A stretch of 63,594 nt of DNA, filler included, from Salisapilia sapeloensis CBS 127946 (taxonomy: Eukaryota; Protista; Oomycota): assembly GCA_023334545.1 (NCBI GenBank). It is 4 parts of 4 records of this genome, joined end to end, with 100 filler letters (N's around TTAATTAATTAA, not from the genome) between each part and the next. Parts side by side here need not be neighbours in the genome. Positions count along the whole stretch, not along the records: positions 1 to 29,768 come from JAADVB010000226.1; 3 more parts are not named here. The stretch is one strand, 5' to 3'. Shown in pieces: positions 1 through 10,747 of the stretch. A model generated the notes under the pieces. The model ran no database searches. It was not told where the DNA came from and saw nothing but the letters and a program-made list of their open reading frames with translations. The translations under genes and the position numbers were made by a program. Numbering within the stretch: position 1 is the first letter of the stretch; the number at the start of each line of letters is the position of its first letter.

Positions 1-87
1 AGAGGCGTGGTCCCACGGACCGTCGGGGGCGCCAAAGTTCACGGCGCCGGCGCCGATGATGGCGGTGCGGACTCCAGAGGCAGACAT
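1..87 (-). CDS. Gfo/Idh/MocA-family NAD(P)-binding oxidoreductase, N-terminus (continues off the window start)
   Basis: Manual translation from ATG at 87: MSASGVRTAIIGAGAVNFGAPDGPWDHAS. It has a Rossmann beta1 GxGxxxFG motif followed by GPWDH, C/G-ending codons, and an INR-like element about 50 nt upstream. Confidence 0.7.
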   Translation of the reverse strand, partial: MSASGVRTAIIGAGAVNFGAPDGPWDHAS

Positions 88-135
88 GGTGGTAGGTGGT
101 TCAGTCGGGGTTGATGCACTTGGGCGCTCGAAGGC

Positions 136-151
136 AAGTTGTAGAATGAGA
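136..151 (-). promoter_or_regulatory. INR/FPR-like core promoter of the oxidoreductase gene
   Basis: Minus strand TCTCATTCTACAACTT is a near match to the oomycete consensus GCTCATTYBNNNWTTY, 49-64 nt upstream of the ATG. Confidence 0.45.
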
Positions 152-1344
152 GGATCTTGACACGCGCAACGTACTTGAAGCGACTGACAATATCTGAAGT
201 AGATCTGACGTGCCCTACTTCAACTACACCGAAAAGCCTAGATGCTTCGAATCAATCCGGACTTGTCATATTTCCATTAGTACCCAATTCATCTGCATGT
301 CGTCCTTAAAGTTGGGGCATACTCGTCTACATGTTTATCAAAGTGAGAGGTGGTATTGACTGGAGCAAATGCCCAAAGGTTGACTATAGGTTGAGTAACA
401 GAACGAAGCCATGCCTTTGTGGATCATTCTGCTTGGACTGCTTTCGCTCAAACAAACTTCAGCTTATTGTGAAGATCTATTCATATATTGAACGTTCTCG
501 ATTCAAACTATCTACTTTATATGTTTTGGTAGTCGAGTGGGACGAGTTTGATGGACCGAGCATGGGCATGAATCACATTCTTCTCAATTGTTTAGCTGCA
601 TCCAGAAAGCTTGATCAATTTCTGATTTGTAAATCCCGATCGTTTATAGCGCTGGCGTCTTAACCAATTGAAGTGCGCGTTCTTGTATGCAGGGCAATCG
701 TTGCTGACGTGGTTGCATGACCTGTTACTTTCAAACGCTCGAGGCATATTCGTCCCTGTAAATGATAAATAGCTATGCTTACAGTGTGGAATTCAAGTAA
801 AACTGGAAGGAATATCCTTACATGCAATGCCCACACAACAAGTAGCAGTTTTATCGTTTGGTTCCCATACAATCATTGCGTATGAAGGAGCATTGCGTTC
901 AAGCTTAAGCCTCCATCTGACTTGAAGTCTCAGTCGATATCGGTTACTAGTCAGACGAAGACATCCCCTTCTGCCTTATATTGGACGATCCATGTTCAAA
1001 ACCTCAGAAACCGGGATTGGTGCTTCGTGCCTTTAGCACTTTATGGACACTAAATAAGGAAGAGCACAGGCAGAATTATTCTATCGATATAGCCATTCGT
1101 TGCGCTTGGCAGTAGAGCTTCAAAGGAAGCTAAAGACAGAAGCGGAGATTTCAGCAGTGCAAAAAATACAGGGCACTCATCTGGTAGTAAATGAAGTTCA
1201 AGTTGCCCGTCTCGTACGATTCCCGTACCAGGTCATACCAACCTGAGCGCTGTCTATCATCAGGGGACGATCGCTCGACAGAGATTCAGTGCGCCGCGAA
1301 ATTGTACACCACCTATGTCTCCCTTCTTCAATCGGTTACCAGTG

Positions 1345-1360
1345 GCTCATTTCTGAATTC
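1345..1360 (+). promoter_or_regulatory. Oomycete INR-FPR core promoter of the SWEET gene
   Basis: GCTCATTTCTGAATTC matches GCTCATTYBNNNWTTY at all 16 positions and ends 55 nt before the ATG at 1415. Confidence 0.75.
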
Positions 1361-1414
1361 CTCTCGACGTACCGCCTACACGCTTTCCAATCGGTGCTGT
1401 GAGGAATAGCTACA

Positions 1415-2122
1415 ATGGCCTCGGACGCAGTCGAACAGACTATCAATGTACTCGCGACGATCGCCACGGTGTTCATCTTCCTTAGTATGATTCCAGAACA
1501 CGTTCGCATTGTGAAGAGTAAATCGACACAGGGCGTCGCCTTCTTCCCTCTTGTTGCCATGTTCGTCCAGTCGCTCTTCTGGGTCCTCTACGGTTGGGCG
1601 TCTCATGCGTTCTGGCCTCTTAGTACGGTCAACTTGCTTGGTGTCGTCATGGCCGTTGTCTACTGGTGCTGCTTCCTGCCATTCGAAAAGGAGTACAACA
1701 AGCGCTACTATGGATACATCATTGTGTCCATCCTGTTTATGATCGCCATGATCATCTACACGATTGTCAGCCCGCAGGACCGCGACTACCGCTCCAAGGT
1801 TGTTGGCTACATGGCCAACGTCGCCGCTATCATCATGTTCGCTTCGCCATTCCTAGCGATGAAGGAGGTGATCACGTCCAAGCATTCGGACTTGATTTCC
1901 CCTGGTATGGCGTTGACCGGTATGATTAACGGTGCGCTGTGGTCTGCCTATGGGTTCATGCAGAGTGACGACTTTGTGGTGGTGCCCAACTTTATCAACG
2001 CTTGTCTGTGCCTCATCCAGCTCATCCTCATCGCCATCTACCCTCGCAGCAAGGCCAAGAAGGGAGCCGAGCTCGGTCTGGACGATGACAAGTACGACAA
2101 CCTTCCCGAGAACGCTGCTTAA
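1415..2122 (+). CDS. SWEET (MtN3/saliva) sugar transporter
   Basis: 235 aa with 7 hydrophobic segments and two MtN3 repeats (FLSMIP..RIVKSKST..V..FP..AM / MFASP..MKEVITSKH, NGALWSAYG, VVPN). Confidence 0.93.
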   Translation: MASDAVEQTINVLATIATVFIFLSMIPEHVRIVKSKSTQGVAFFPLVAMFVQSLFWVLYGWASHAFWPLSTVNLLGVVMAVVYWCCFLPFEKEYNKRYYGYIIVSILFMIAMIIYTIVSPQDRDYRSKVVGYMANVAAIIMFASPFLAMKEVITSKHSDLISPGMALTGMINGALWSAYGFMQSDDFVVVPNFINACLCLIQLILIAIYPRSKAKKGAELGLDDDKYDNLPENAA

Positions 2123-2753
2123 AGTATGTAGACGTGATGTACGGAAACTAGTGCGAATACAAGTCTATATTTGTCCATGTCAATGGTTGCAACCTATACA
2201 TTCGAATGGAAACTCCACGAGACTAATGAAAGTCCATCTAAATTGCTAATTATCTATGGTAACCGAATAAATATGTTATGTAAATACTCAGAGTATCTGC
2301 TTCAATGCATAAAAAGCAACACATTAGATCAATTTACTCTCGAGTAACAGGGAAATACGAGAGTACTACAGAGCAACCCCCACATGATACGACTCGACAC
2401 ATGGATGGATGAGTCAAGAGCAAGATCATCTATCCATACCAGCAACACCAGCTTTTTCACTGCATGAATCAAATCCTTGAAAAGCCAGTGCCTGCAAACA
2501 AAGTATCCCTCGTATGATCATCGCATCAGTCTATTTATGGATCGACAATACAGACACAACGTCACCGTTTTGCGTCTGATCTTTAGACTTGTCAGACGTT
2601 GCATTGGCTATAAATATCTTTTGCATTCGATGATTGGTGGTAAATACGCCATCGCAATCTCGTCGACCGGTACAATAGCGTCCTGGTCATTCCTCCGCAG
2701 CACTTCTCCTCACACGATCCTTGCTCATCCCTTATTCTCTTCTAGCACAGGGC

Positions 2754-5700
2754 ATGGCAGTTCGGAGACGGGAGAATAACTTGACGCTCGAGTCTGCCGA
2801 TGTGGAAGAGTCTTTGACGATTGAGCCGACGTCGACGCCATGGATGTCCAGGGAGCTTTTCGACACGCTATGGCTCGAATCGACCCACCAGGCTAGTTCC
2901 AGTTGCACTTTTACACCGTACAAAAATTGTTCTTCTGCCGAATCATCTACATCGTCTTCACCAGCTACAGACAACGAAACGCCAGAGTATACGAGCAAAC
3001 CGTCACAGTCGAGATCTACATTCCGGTCGCAGCTTCTATCAGCACTCGGAAGTGAAATTATAGAGGTTCCTTCACATCAAAGCCAAGCATCAGATAAACT
3101 AGAAGAGTTGACCGAAATGTTATACGCGTACGCGAGTGTCAGTGATGACTATGGACTCGAGACAGTGTTCCTGATTCGACTAGAGCGTCTCCGTGGATCT
3201 GAGCAGGTCGCCATCACCGTCAAGAATACAGATCCAGCTCATCCGCTCAAGCTCAGCGTCTTCCTCGGTCTACTGCAGCAACGCATACAGCCAGAGCTGC
3301 CTCCGAGTAAGCCCCACGCGTTTGTGCACGACACGAACGACCTGTTCTTTCGCTCCGAGTCGTCCACAAAAGTCGGTTCAAGTCTTACATTAAGCAGTAG
3401 GAATGATCTAGAGCCTATGATAAGTCCACAGGTAACAAACAGATCTGTCTCGAAGCCTACGAATCGTGGTCGCATGCGTTCCCATACGATTCGATATCGT
3501 AGTGAAGAAGGTATTGCATTCGAAGGCTACTTGTCTAAAAAGAGCGACGTTCTAGTGAATTGGAAGACAGCATATTGCGTCTTAGAAGGCGATGCGCTTG
3601 GGTTTTATGAATCTCGAGAAGATTTCATCTCCAATTCGAAACTCATCGGTCGAATCCTCGTGCAAAAAGTAGAAAATGATAGTAGTGGTAAGCCGAATGG
3701 CTTTCGCGTAGTTACAGATGGAGGACGGACGACACACTTGAGCTCTCGTACGGCCTTTGAAAAACAGCAGTGGAAACGAGCGTTGAAGAATGCCATGTCG
3801 AAACACAGTGGCCGACCTCGCGTAGCATTTGGCTCTCAAGCGTTAAACCCGCATCGGTTCTACGAACTCTTAGGCTCGTTACTCAAGCAAGACGTGATCG
3901 ATTTCCCGCTCTTGTTCCAAAGCGTCCACCCTGACGTCGTGTTAACATCCAACTACCCTCCGATCGTTCCGTTCTGGGGACAATACAGACGCTACGATGG
4001 CCTCTTGCTCTACTTTTCAACGCTACTCGAGACCGTTAGTGTCGAGACGTTCCAAGTGCTCCAAGTCTCAGAGCTCGTGCGAGACGACGTCGATTGTGTC
4101 GATGCCGTCGACGATGGCGTATACAGTTGGGAGAAGCGCCTCGTCATCACTGGAAAAGAGACGCTGTCTCTCCTCGACTTTGAAGGTCGGAACATCACCC
4201 AGCTCTTCGTCCACGAGCTCTGGCTAGATCACAAGGACCGACTCGTGCGCTGGCACTTGAACGGCGATTCCGTCGCGCTTTCCTTGACGTTCGACGACGC
4301 GCCGAAAGGAGAGAACATCCGGCTCGTCTTGCCTGGCGAAGCTTCCTCCATCGACCATGCCATCCCTCCTGGCGTCTTCTACGTCCAAGTGTTGAGAGCA
4401 CAGCACCTCCAGGCCACAGGCAACGGCGTCCCAGTGTCGGGGAAGAAGTCCGACATGCGCGTCTGTCCACTCTACGTCCGAGCAGTGCTGGTCGAAGGGA
4501 CGCACGAAGAGCGAACATTAGATGGCTTGGACCTGTCCTCTACCAACGGCAAGCGTCCATCGAAAGGCACTCGCTTGTTCCGAGGATTAAAGCGTGCGAC
4601 AGGTATCTCTGGTCAGCGTACGCATGGCAAGTACGGCGATCCGTCTGGTTGTGTCACGCGTATCTGCAAATGTCCGTTGCCACAAGCGACCAAGAAGAAG
4701 GTAGAGGGTCTAGACCCTGAGTGGAGAAGTGACTTGCGACTTGAGTTTCCTGGATGCAGTCGAGGGTTCACGTACTACCTCAAGCTCGAAGTATTTCAAA
4801 GTCGTTTCATGCTCCCGGATGAACTAGTTGGAGTCTCTCGCATCAACCTAACGCCTCATCTGTCCTTGTTCAATGCGTCAGCGGAGGCTGTCGCGAACGG
4901 AGCGCTGGCGCGATGGCATAACCTGAGCGACCAATATAATGACTGTCGAGAGTCATGGGCTCCTCCGACCGTCTTCCGTGGTCGGATCCAAGTGAGCGTC
5001 GTCTTCGCACCGACTGTCACGTCTGCCAAGAGCCTTAGTGACTTGAACGCACAGGAAGGCGACGAGTCTCACTCGATGAAACTCGGAGACGGACGACGAG
5101 GGAGTGTTGCTAGGTCTCGTAGCACAAGCCACTTGTCATCCAAATCGAACGCCAAGATGTCGAGACTGGACATGTTGACGAGAGACAATCATACACTTGC
5201 AGGCAAGAGGTCTCTCTTCGACGTTCCGACCAAGTACGAGATGATTAAAGTCGTAGGAGCAGGTACGTATGGAGAAGTGATGGCTGCGAGCGACACAGAG
5301 TCGGGAGAAGCTGTGGCGATTAAGAAGATCTCGAATGCCTTCCAGGACCTTCCGGACACAAAGCGTATCTTACGAGAGCTGTGTCTGCTAAAGCAATTGC
5401 ATCATCCGAATATTATCCAGCTGTTTGATGTCCTCCGACCTGAACGTCGGTTGTACCTAGAAGACTTGTACTTGGTGACAGATCTCATGGAGACAGATCT
5501 CCATCGCGTCGTCCACTCGACTCAGACACTCACAGACGAACACGTTGCTTTCTTCATGCGACAGATACTCCGTGCTCTAGCGTACATGCATTCGGCGAAT
5601 ATCTTACATCGAGACTTGAAACCTTCCAACATCCTCGTGACGAGCAACTGTGAGCTGCGAGTAGCAGACATGGGTCTCGCGAGATACGTCGATCGATCTC

Positions 5701-6413
5701 AAGCCAAGACGTTTGGAGATCAGTCGTTCGTCCCGTTGACAGAGTACGTCGTCACGAGATGGTATCGGTCGCCAGAGATCCTACTGGATGGATGTCGATA
5801 CGATACGGCGTCCGATATGTGGTCTGCCGGCTGCATCCTAGCAGAGCTACTAGGTCGTAAGCCCTTGTTCCCTGGGTCGAGCACCATGAACCAACTGGAT
5901 AAGATCTTTAATGTCCTCGGCACACCCAGCACAGCATACGTGAATAAGATCCATAAGGAAGCAGCGAGGAAGTGGGCGCAGCGACAGCGCAAGCGTCGAG
6001 GCATTCCACTCGCCTCGCTCTATCCGAGTGCCAATACGCAGGCCATTGACCTCGTGAGTAAGTTGCTTGTGTATGACCCAGACAAGCGGCTTACAGCCAA
6101 GGAAGCGCTGCGTCATCCGTACATGAAGGAGGCGTTCCGGTCCATGAGGGCCGATAATATGGAACAGGACGAATGGATGGAGTACAGTGCGGCGGAAGAA
6201 GAGGAAGATACGTTTAGAGGTGTGATTGATGACTCGCACGAGTCGGTGGAAATGACCAAAAGCGCCATGCAGGACGCTGTCTTTGAACGGATCTGTCACT
6301 TCCATCCCGAGGCGTTAGAGTACGAAGAGGTCGTCAAGGAACAGGATGAGCAGTTCTGTGTCAGCCCAGAGTCTGGGAAGCTCGTGCCGATCAGGAAAAG
6401 CGTGATAGAATAA
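2754..6413 (+). CDS. Multidomain MAP kinase (adaptin-appendage-like - PH - NTF2/SnoaL-like - C2 - TEY MAPK)
   Basis: Single ORF; first ATG at 2754. PH: FEGYLSKK..NWKTAYCVL..EKQQWKRAL. C2: FYVQVLRAQHL..DELVG. Kinase: GAGTYG, VAIKK, HRDLKPSN, DMG, TEYVVTRWYRSPE, PFPG. The kinase call is firm; the N-terminal domain calls are by-eye. Confidence 0.9.
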   Translation: MAVRRRENNLTLESADVEESLTIEPTSTPWMSRELFDTLWLESTHQASSSCTFTPYKNCSSAESSTSSSPATDNETPEYTSKPSQSRSTFRSQLLSALGSEIIEVPSHQSQASDKLEELTEMLYAYASVSDDYGLETVFLIRLERLRGSEQVAITVKNTDPAHPLKLSVFLGLLQQRIQPELPPSKPHAFVHDTNDLFFRSESSTKVGSSLTLSSRNDLEPMISPQVTNRSVSKPTNRGRMRSHTIRYRSEEGIAFEGYLSKKSDVLVNWKTAYCVLEGDALGFYESREDFISNSKLIGRILVQKVENDSSGKPNGFRVVTDGGRTTHLSSRTAFEKQQWKRALKNAMSKHSGRPRVAFGSQALNPHRFYELLGSLLKQDVIDFPLLFQSVHPDVVLTSNYPPIVPFWGQYRRYDGLLLYFSTLLETVSVETFQVLQVSELVRDDVDCVDAVDDGVYSWEKRLVITGKETLSLLDFEGRNITQLFVHELWLDHKDRLVRWHLNGDSVALSLTFDDAPKGENIRLVLPGEASSIDHAIPPGVFYVQVLRAQHLQATGNGVPVSGKKSDMRVCPLYVRAVLVEGTHEERTLDGLDLSSTNGKRPSKGTRLFRGLKRATGISGQRTHGKYGDPSGCVTRICKCPLPQATKKKVEGLDPEWRSDLRLEFPGCSRGFTYYLKLEVFQSRFMLPDELVGVSRINLTPHLSLFNASAEAVANGALARWHNLSDQYNDCRESWAPPTVFRGRIQVSVVFAPTVTSAKSLSDLNAQEGDESHSMKLGDGRRGSVARSRSTSHLSSKSNAKMSRLDMLTRDNHTLAGKRSLFDVPTKYEMIKVVGAGTYGEVMAASDTESGEAVAIKKISNAFQDLPDTKRILRELCLLKQLHHPNIIQLFDVLRPERRLYLEDLYLVTDLMETDLHRVVHSTQTLTDEHVAFFMRQILRALAYMHSANILHRDLKPSNILVTSNCELRVADMGLARYVDRSQAKTFGDQSFVPLTEYVVTRWYRSPEILLDGCRYDTASDMWSAGCILAELLGRKPLFPGSSTMNQLDKIFNVLGTPSTAYVNKIHKEAARKWAQRQRKRRGIPLASLYPSANTQAIDLVSKLLVYDPDKRLTAKEALRHPYMKEAFRSMRADNMEQDEWMEYSAAEEEEDTFRGVIDDSHESVEMTKSAMQDAVFERICHFHPEALEYEEVVKEQDEQFCVSPESGKLVPIRKSVIE

Positions 6414-6477
6414 CGATAGAAGCGCATGCTCGGACATTCAACAGTAACTAAATTTTGTGCACTGCCGCTCTTGCCTC

Positions 6478-7721
6478 CTACTTGCGCCAGTCTAAACGAA
6501 ACTACAAGACATAATGCATCAATAGCAAGTTAAGTGTAAATGGAGCGATGAACTGTACCTTGTCTTCTTCATTCTTGAGCGACTGATCGAGCTCCCCTTG
6601 GTCCGTGCAAACCTGTTCTTCCATTACCCGAACGTCTTGCTGCAATTCGTCCGTCGTATGAGTGCGCATGAGGTCCAACGTCTGCTCCAGATTACTTCGT
6701 TCATTTTCTAGCCGCCAAAGCTCTTGACGTTCACTTTCATCACGTCTCTACTTTACCGAAGACCACATCTTTAGTCTCGTCGACGAGTTCATTTGGTCGT
6801 AAGGTGATCACAAAGGTTCGTTCTTTACTCTTTTGCGATGACGGTGGCGGCGAGAGTTGTTATGCTGACGAAGACGCCGCTTGAGATTACGAAGCTCATT
6901 ATCGTTTGGTTCATGTACGCCAAGTCCAGCAGCATCCACATAATTCTCCGGATCGCTTACTAGCACACCAACGGCGGATGTATGGACGGGTGCACTGCAT
7001 GTACATTGACTCAAAGAGATTTCTTAATAAGCAGTACATCGTATTACCTTGCAGTCGTTGGAAGAATAGGATATTCAGATGCACCCAAAACGTCTTGACT
7101 TTGGCTCGATCCCGTGTTCAGGTTACCGGTAACTTGGTGACCGCCTACACCAGGTGAGCTCATCATCGGTTGCGAAGCGACTACTGGATATGATTGAGTT
7201 ATCCCGAGGCTGTGCAAACAAAAGGCGGCTATTAAGCATATGAATAGACTTGTGTATCATAGCAATACTTACTTGGTGCTTCCTGTCTGAGGTGGCAGAT
7301 AGTGACTCATAGCTCCGTAACCTCCAGTCAGCAATGATGTGTAGCATGGTAGATTGGACCCAGCAACTGGTCCAGTATTGCTACTAGTAGGGTTGGCATT
7401 GCTCGAGCTTCCTCCTTGATTCGCTTGGCCACCTGCACTAGGAGGCAAATTCATTGTCCTTGTACCAGAATTGGCTTGTACGAGAGGTGGATTGTTAGTC
7501 TGGACACCGCCGTAATCTGCAGGTTCTTGCGGTATCTGTTGACCTTGCTGCATTGGATCCTGATCATCACCTCTCGCAAGTAGGTCGAGAACTTCACTCA
7601 TTATCTCTCGATCTTGTGTGCCAAGTCCCTCAAGTACATTCTGCCCACTAACGTTTCGAGAATTTGGAGGTCGTTGCGACGAATTATCATTAGCACCTTG
7701 ACCACTTTGCTCGGATGCCAT
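6478..7721 (-). CDS. bZIP-like transcription factor, 5 exons (about 329 aa)
   Basis: Manual splice model: exons 7721-7273, 7209-7048, 6994-6829, 6747-6559 and 6501-6478. All introns are GT-AG and phases are compatible. The product has a Q/N/S/G-rich N-terminus, basic region KRRLRQHNNSRRHRHRKRRR and heptads LENERSN-LEQTLDL-M. Confidence 0.62.
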
Positions 7722-7953
7722 TGTATAAGAAAGGTAGGATAGTGCGAGCAATGCAGGAAGCTACGAGAAAGGGGGTAATGCGCTATTCGAGCTCGAAATT
7801 ATTATAAAGCAGACATGCAGAAAGGTTCCAAACAAATCTCTTATTGAGTTTAAGTATCTCTGTCTGGGACGAGGAAGCTAGAACGGTGCAAAGAAAAGTA
7901 TTTTCCTGGGTGTCTTTACGAGTTCGTCCAGCCACTGCGCCAGCTTGCAAATT

Positions 7954-9660
7954 CTATCGCCATCCTACCGTCCAAAACGACATCGCGATTGCCACTGTCA
8001 ATGTTGTCTGCATTTGAGTTGACGCAATCCGACCACTTCCATTATCCTCATCCTCGACACCTCCATAGCACGGTATTTTGCTGGACGACATCTTTCCCAA
8101 AGCTTTTAAAAGATCGGCGTTCGCTTTCTGCCATGAAGCTACCGACATTAATCCATAGTGCGTGCGTCCGAATGCACCAGCTTTTCCATCCTGCGCTCCT
8201 TCAAGATAGTATTCAGTGTCTGGATTCAATGCCCAAAAGTATCCGCCTTGGATTGAAGCCGCATAATCGATCAGATAATCGAGAGCTGCTTTTTGATGGG
8301 GCTGTTCATCTTCGTAGACACCACTGAAGGATCCGAGAACAACAGGAATGGTGCTCTCAACGCTCACCAGATCTCCAAGTGCCTCTTCCATGACACTGGC
8401 ATAATTCGTAGCAATTTCTTTCACTGTTAAGTGTTCGTACGACTCACAATAGAACATCGAGTCGGAGCAATCGATCTTGGACTCTACTTTCTTACCATCG
8501 ACAAAGTCAACGCACTCGGTTTCAAGTTGGTCTTCCGTCAACGACAGATCATCTGCAGATGTCGAGCAGTTCCGGTCAACTTTATAAAAGTAGTTTCGAG
8601 GATCCACATTGTGTGCGTGTGCTTGAGGAGCATAGACAACTTTGTTTTTAGCGGAAACGTCCAAAGGTCTTTCGGTAGCGTTGTGAAGGTTCCCACCATT
8701 CCAATGTTTTGAACTTTGTTTCGGGTAGTCATCATTCACTTGAAAATTCTCGTATTGCGTTGGAGAGCTAGCACCTTCGACGAATACGAGCCACTGCGGG
8801 CAGAGCTCCAGTACGCGTTCTGTCAAGATCTCTGCTGCATCATGCCAATCCGTTTTTGGGTCTGACTCATTGTCGTTTCCAACCCATTGAGCGTCCAGCA
8901 TAGCATTTTTCATCGAGATGCCCAGGATGTTCCACAAACCTGCCTTACACATAGTTTTCGCAAGAACTGAGACTGCGTCATAAATGACAGTCTCATTCAC
9001 CTTCTTGTACGGAGCAGTGTACCACAATGCGTCTTTATTGTAGAGAGTGAGCAAGTGCATGTCAAGGAGTACGCTCACATGTTTATCTTGAAGTGTCTGA
9101 ATGAACCGACCGATCAAATCCAGATACGTGACATCGTTACTGTTTTCCCATGTCGTCAATTCTTGGTTGTCGTACTGGTGGATGTACGAGAGCTGGGGAG
9201 TCGCATCAGCAACGACATATGCAGCTTTTAAAGGCACACGCACAGAATTAAAGTCATTCGACTCGAGGAAGTCCATCACTTTTGCCTATACATACATGAA
9301 TTAATGTTACGACAGGTACCCGTAGCACCATAGATGAACGCACTATAGTTGTGCCTTGCGTGCCTTGTGCATTGTTACTATCTTGTCCCCATAAGCCCTC
9401 CGGAATCATGTTTTCTCTCTCGAAACCGCTCCATGTCACTCCTTTTATCTTTATTTCCGTCTCGATCGCCGAGTCTTCAGGATCAATGGCATATATCTTG
9501 CTATCTCGAGCAACGTAGTTTGGATGGCGGCACTCTATGATGCGGTTCAGATGATTAAACATTTTAACATTACATTGTATGAATCGGCACAACCTCGTAG
9601 CGCAGAACCCGGCGCTGATAAGGCTGTCAAAATCATTGTCATTAAAGCAAGTCGCATCAT
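7954..9660 (-). CDS. GH5 (Cel5A-like) endoglucanase homologue, secreted and possibly GPI-anchored, catalytic glutamates lost; 3 exons
   Basis: Exons 9660-9594, 9534-9344 and 9285-7954. Signal peptide MMRLALMTMILTALSAPGSA. GH5 motifs IKGVTWSGFE, FNSVRVPL, LLDMH, PQWLVFVEG, WGG-like WNGGNL, GGYFWALNPD. Hydrophobic C-terminal tail. The first intron donor (GTTGTG) is weak. Confidence 0.85.
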
Positions 9661-10747
9661 GGTCCGAGCTTCAGGAGATATGAGGTGCACGTGGTTTTAG
9701 AGAGATTGCAAAGTGAGACTCGATAGACTAGAAAGATGACATGAAAGTGTTCAACAGCTTCAGAGATCTTGCTCTGGTAACGTCGATACAAGTAATTCAC
9801 ACTACATCACTTCGATTCTACTCACTCGACAGTGCCAGACCAGCCAAAAGACGCACACATCCCATAACCAGTCGTGACTCTTGACCAGTGAAATGGTGCA
9901 AGTAGCCGCGTCCTTTGAATTTCTCCAGGCAAGTTAATGTACGACCACTTGAAGCATCAATTGCAGTTACATGAACGTTCCAGCAAAAGCCTGCTCAATT
10001 GGAATTGAAACGAATTATTGCAGCACCTTGTGCTAAATGGAGCCTTCCTGCTATGATCTCTACGCACGCATCTTTCCATCTGTAGCTCGTTTTCATCTCC
10101 TTTTACTGGAGACATTGTCAAAGAATCTTGCATTCCATACTTGGTCCATGAAGCGTGCATATAAAACAATTCTAACTTCTACGCTAGCTTATCGACTTGG
10201 AGCTGTGCATGTGCATTGTCCGTCATTAAAAAGTACTAGAAGCTATCATTCTTTGCTGATACCACCTATTGGTCCAACGCTTAGTCCTCTGAACACATAT
10301 CTTTCTGCAACCATATACCCTTCGCTCTTCCGATCAAGATGCGATTTGAACACGTTTATTTTCAACTACTTGAAGCTTTATCACCTAGTCTGATCCGAAC
10401 ATCTTTTATAAAGATGCAGCCAACCTATACAAAATCAGACATCCGTCCATCCTTGTAAATTTTCAAGCAGTTTGCTCTTCTACTATGTCTTGAAAGATGT
10501 GTCTACTCATCTTCAAGCATGCGCGAGTACGAAATACATCTTATAACGTCGTAACGTTTCGCTCTCGCTTCCAATGGTCACCTCCTTCGTACTCTTGTCG
10601 AACGTCAACCGCAAACTTGAGTTCCTACATGATAGAGCGATCTTCTACACGTACATAAAGAGCACCAAGCAACTAGAAACGATCATTTATATGGACAATC
10701 GATTTATCTTTTTAAGAAAGCACTCGTGCGATATCTTGCAGAGTACA

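Noticed and set aside
331-1409. Short ORFs between the oxidoreductase and SWEET genes
   Set aside because: No codon bias or motifs; the region reads as a divergent promoter.
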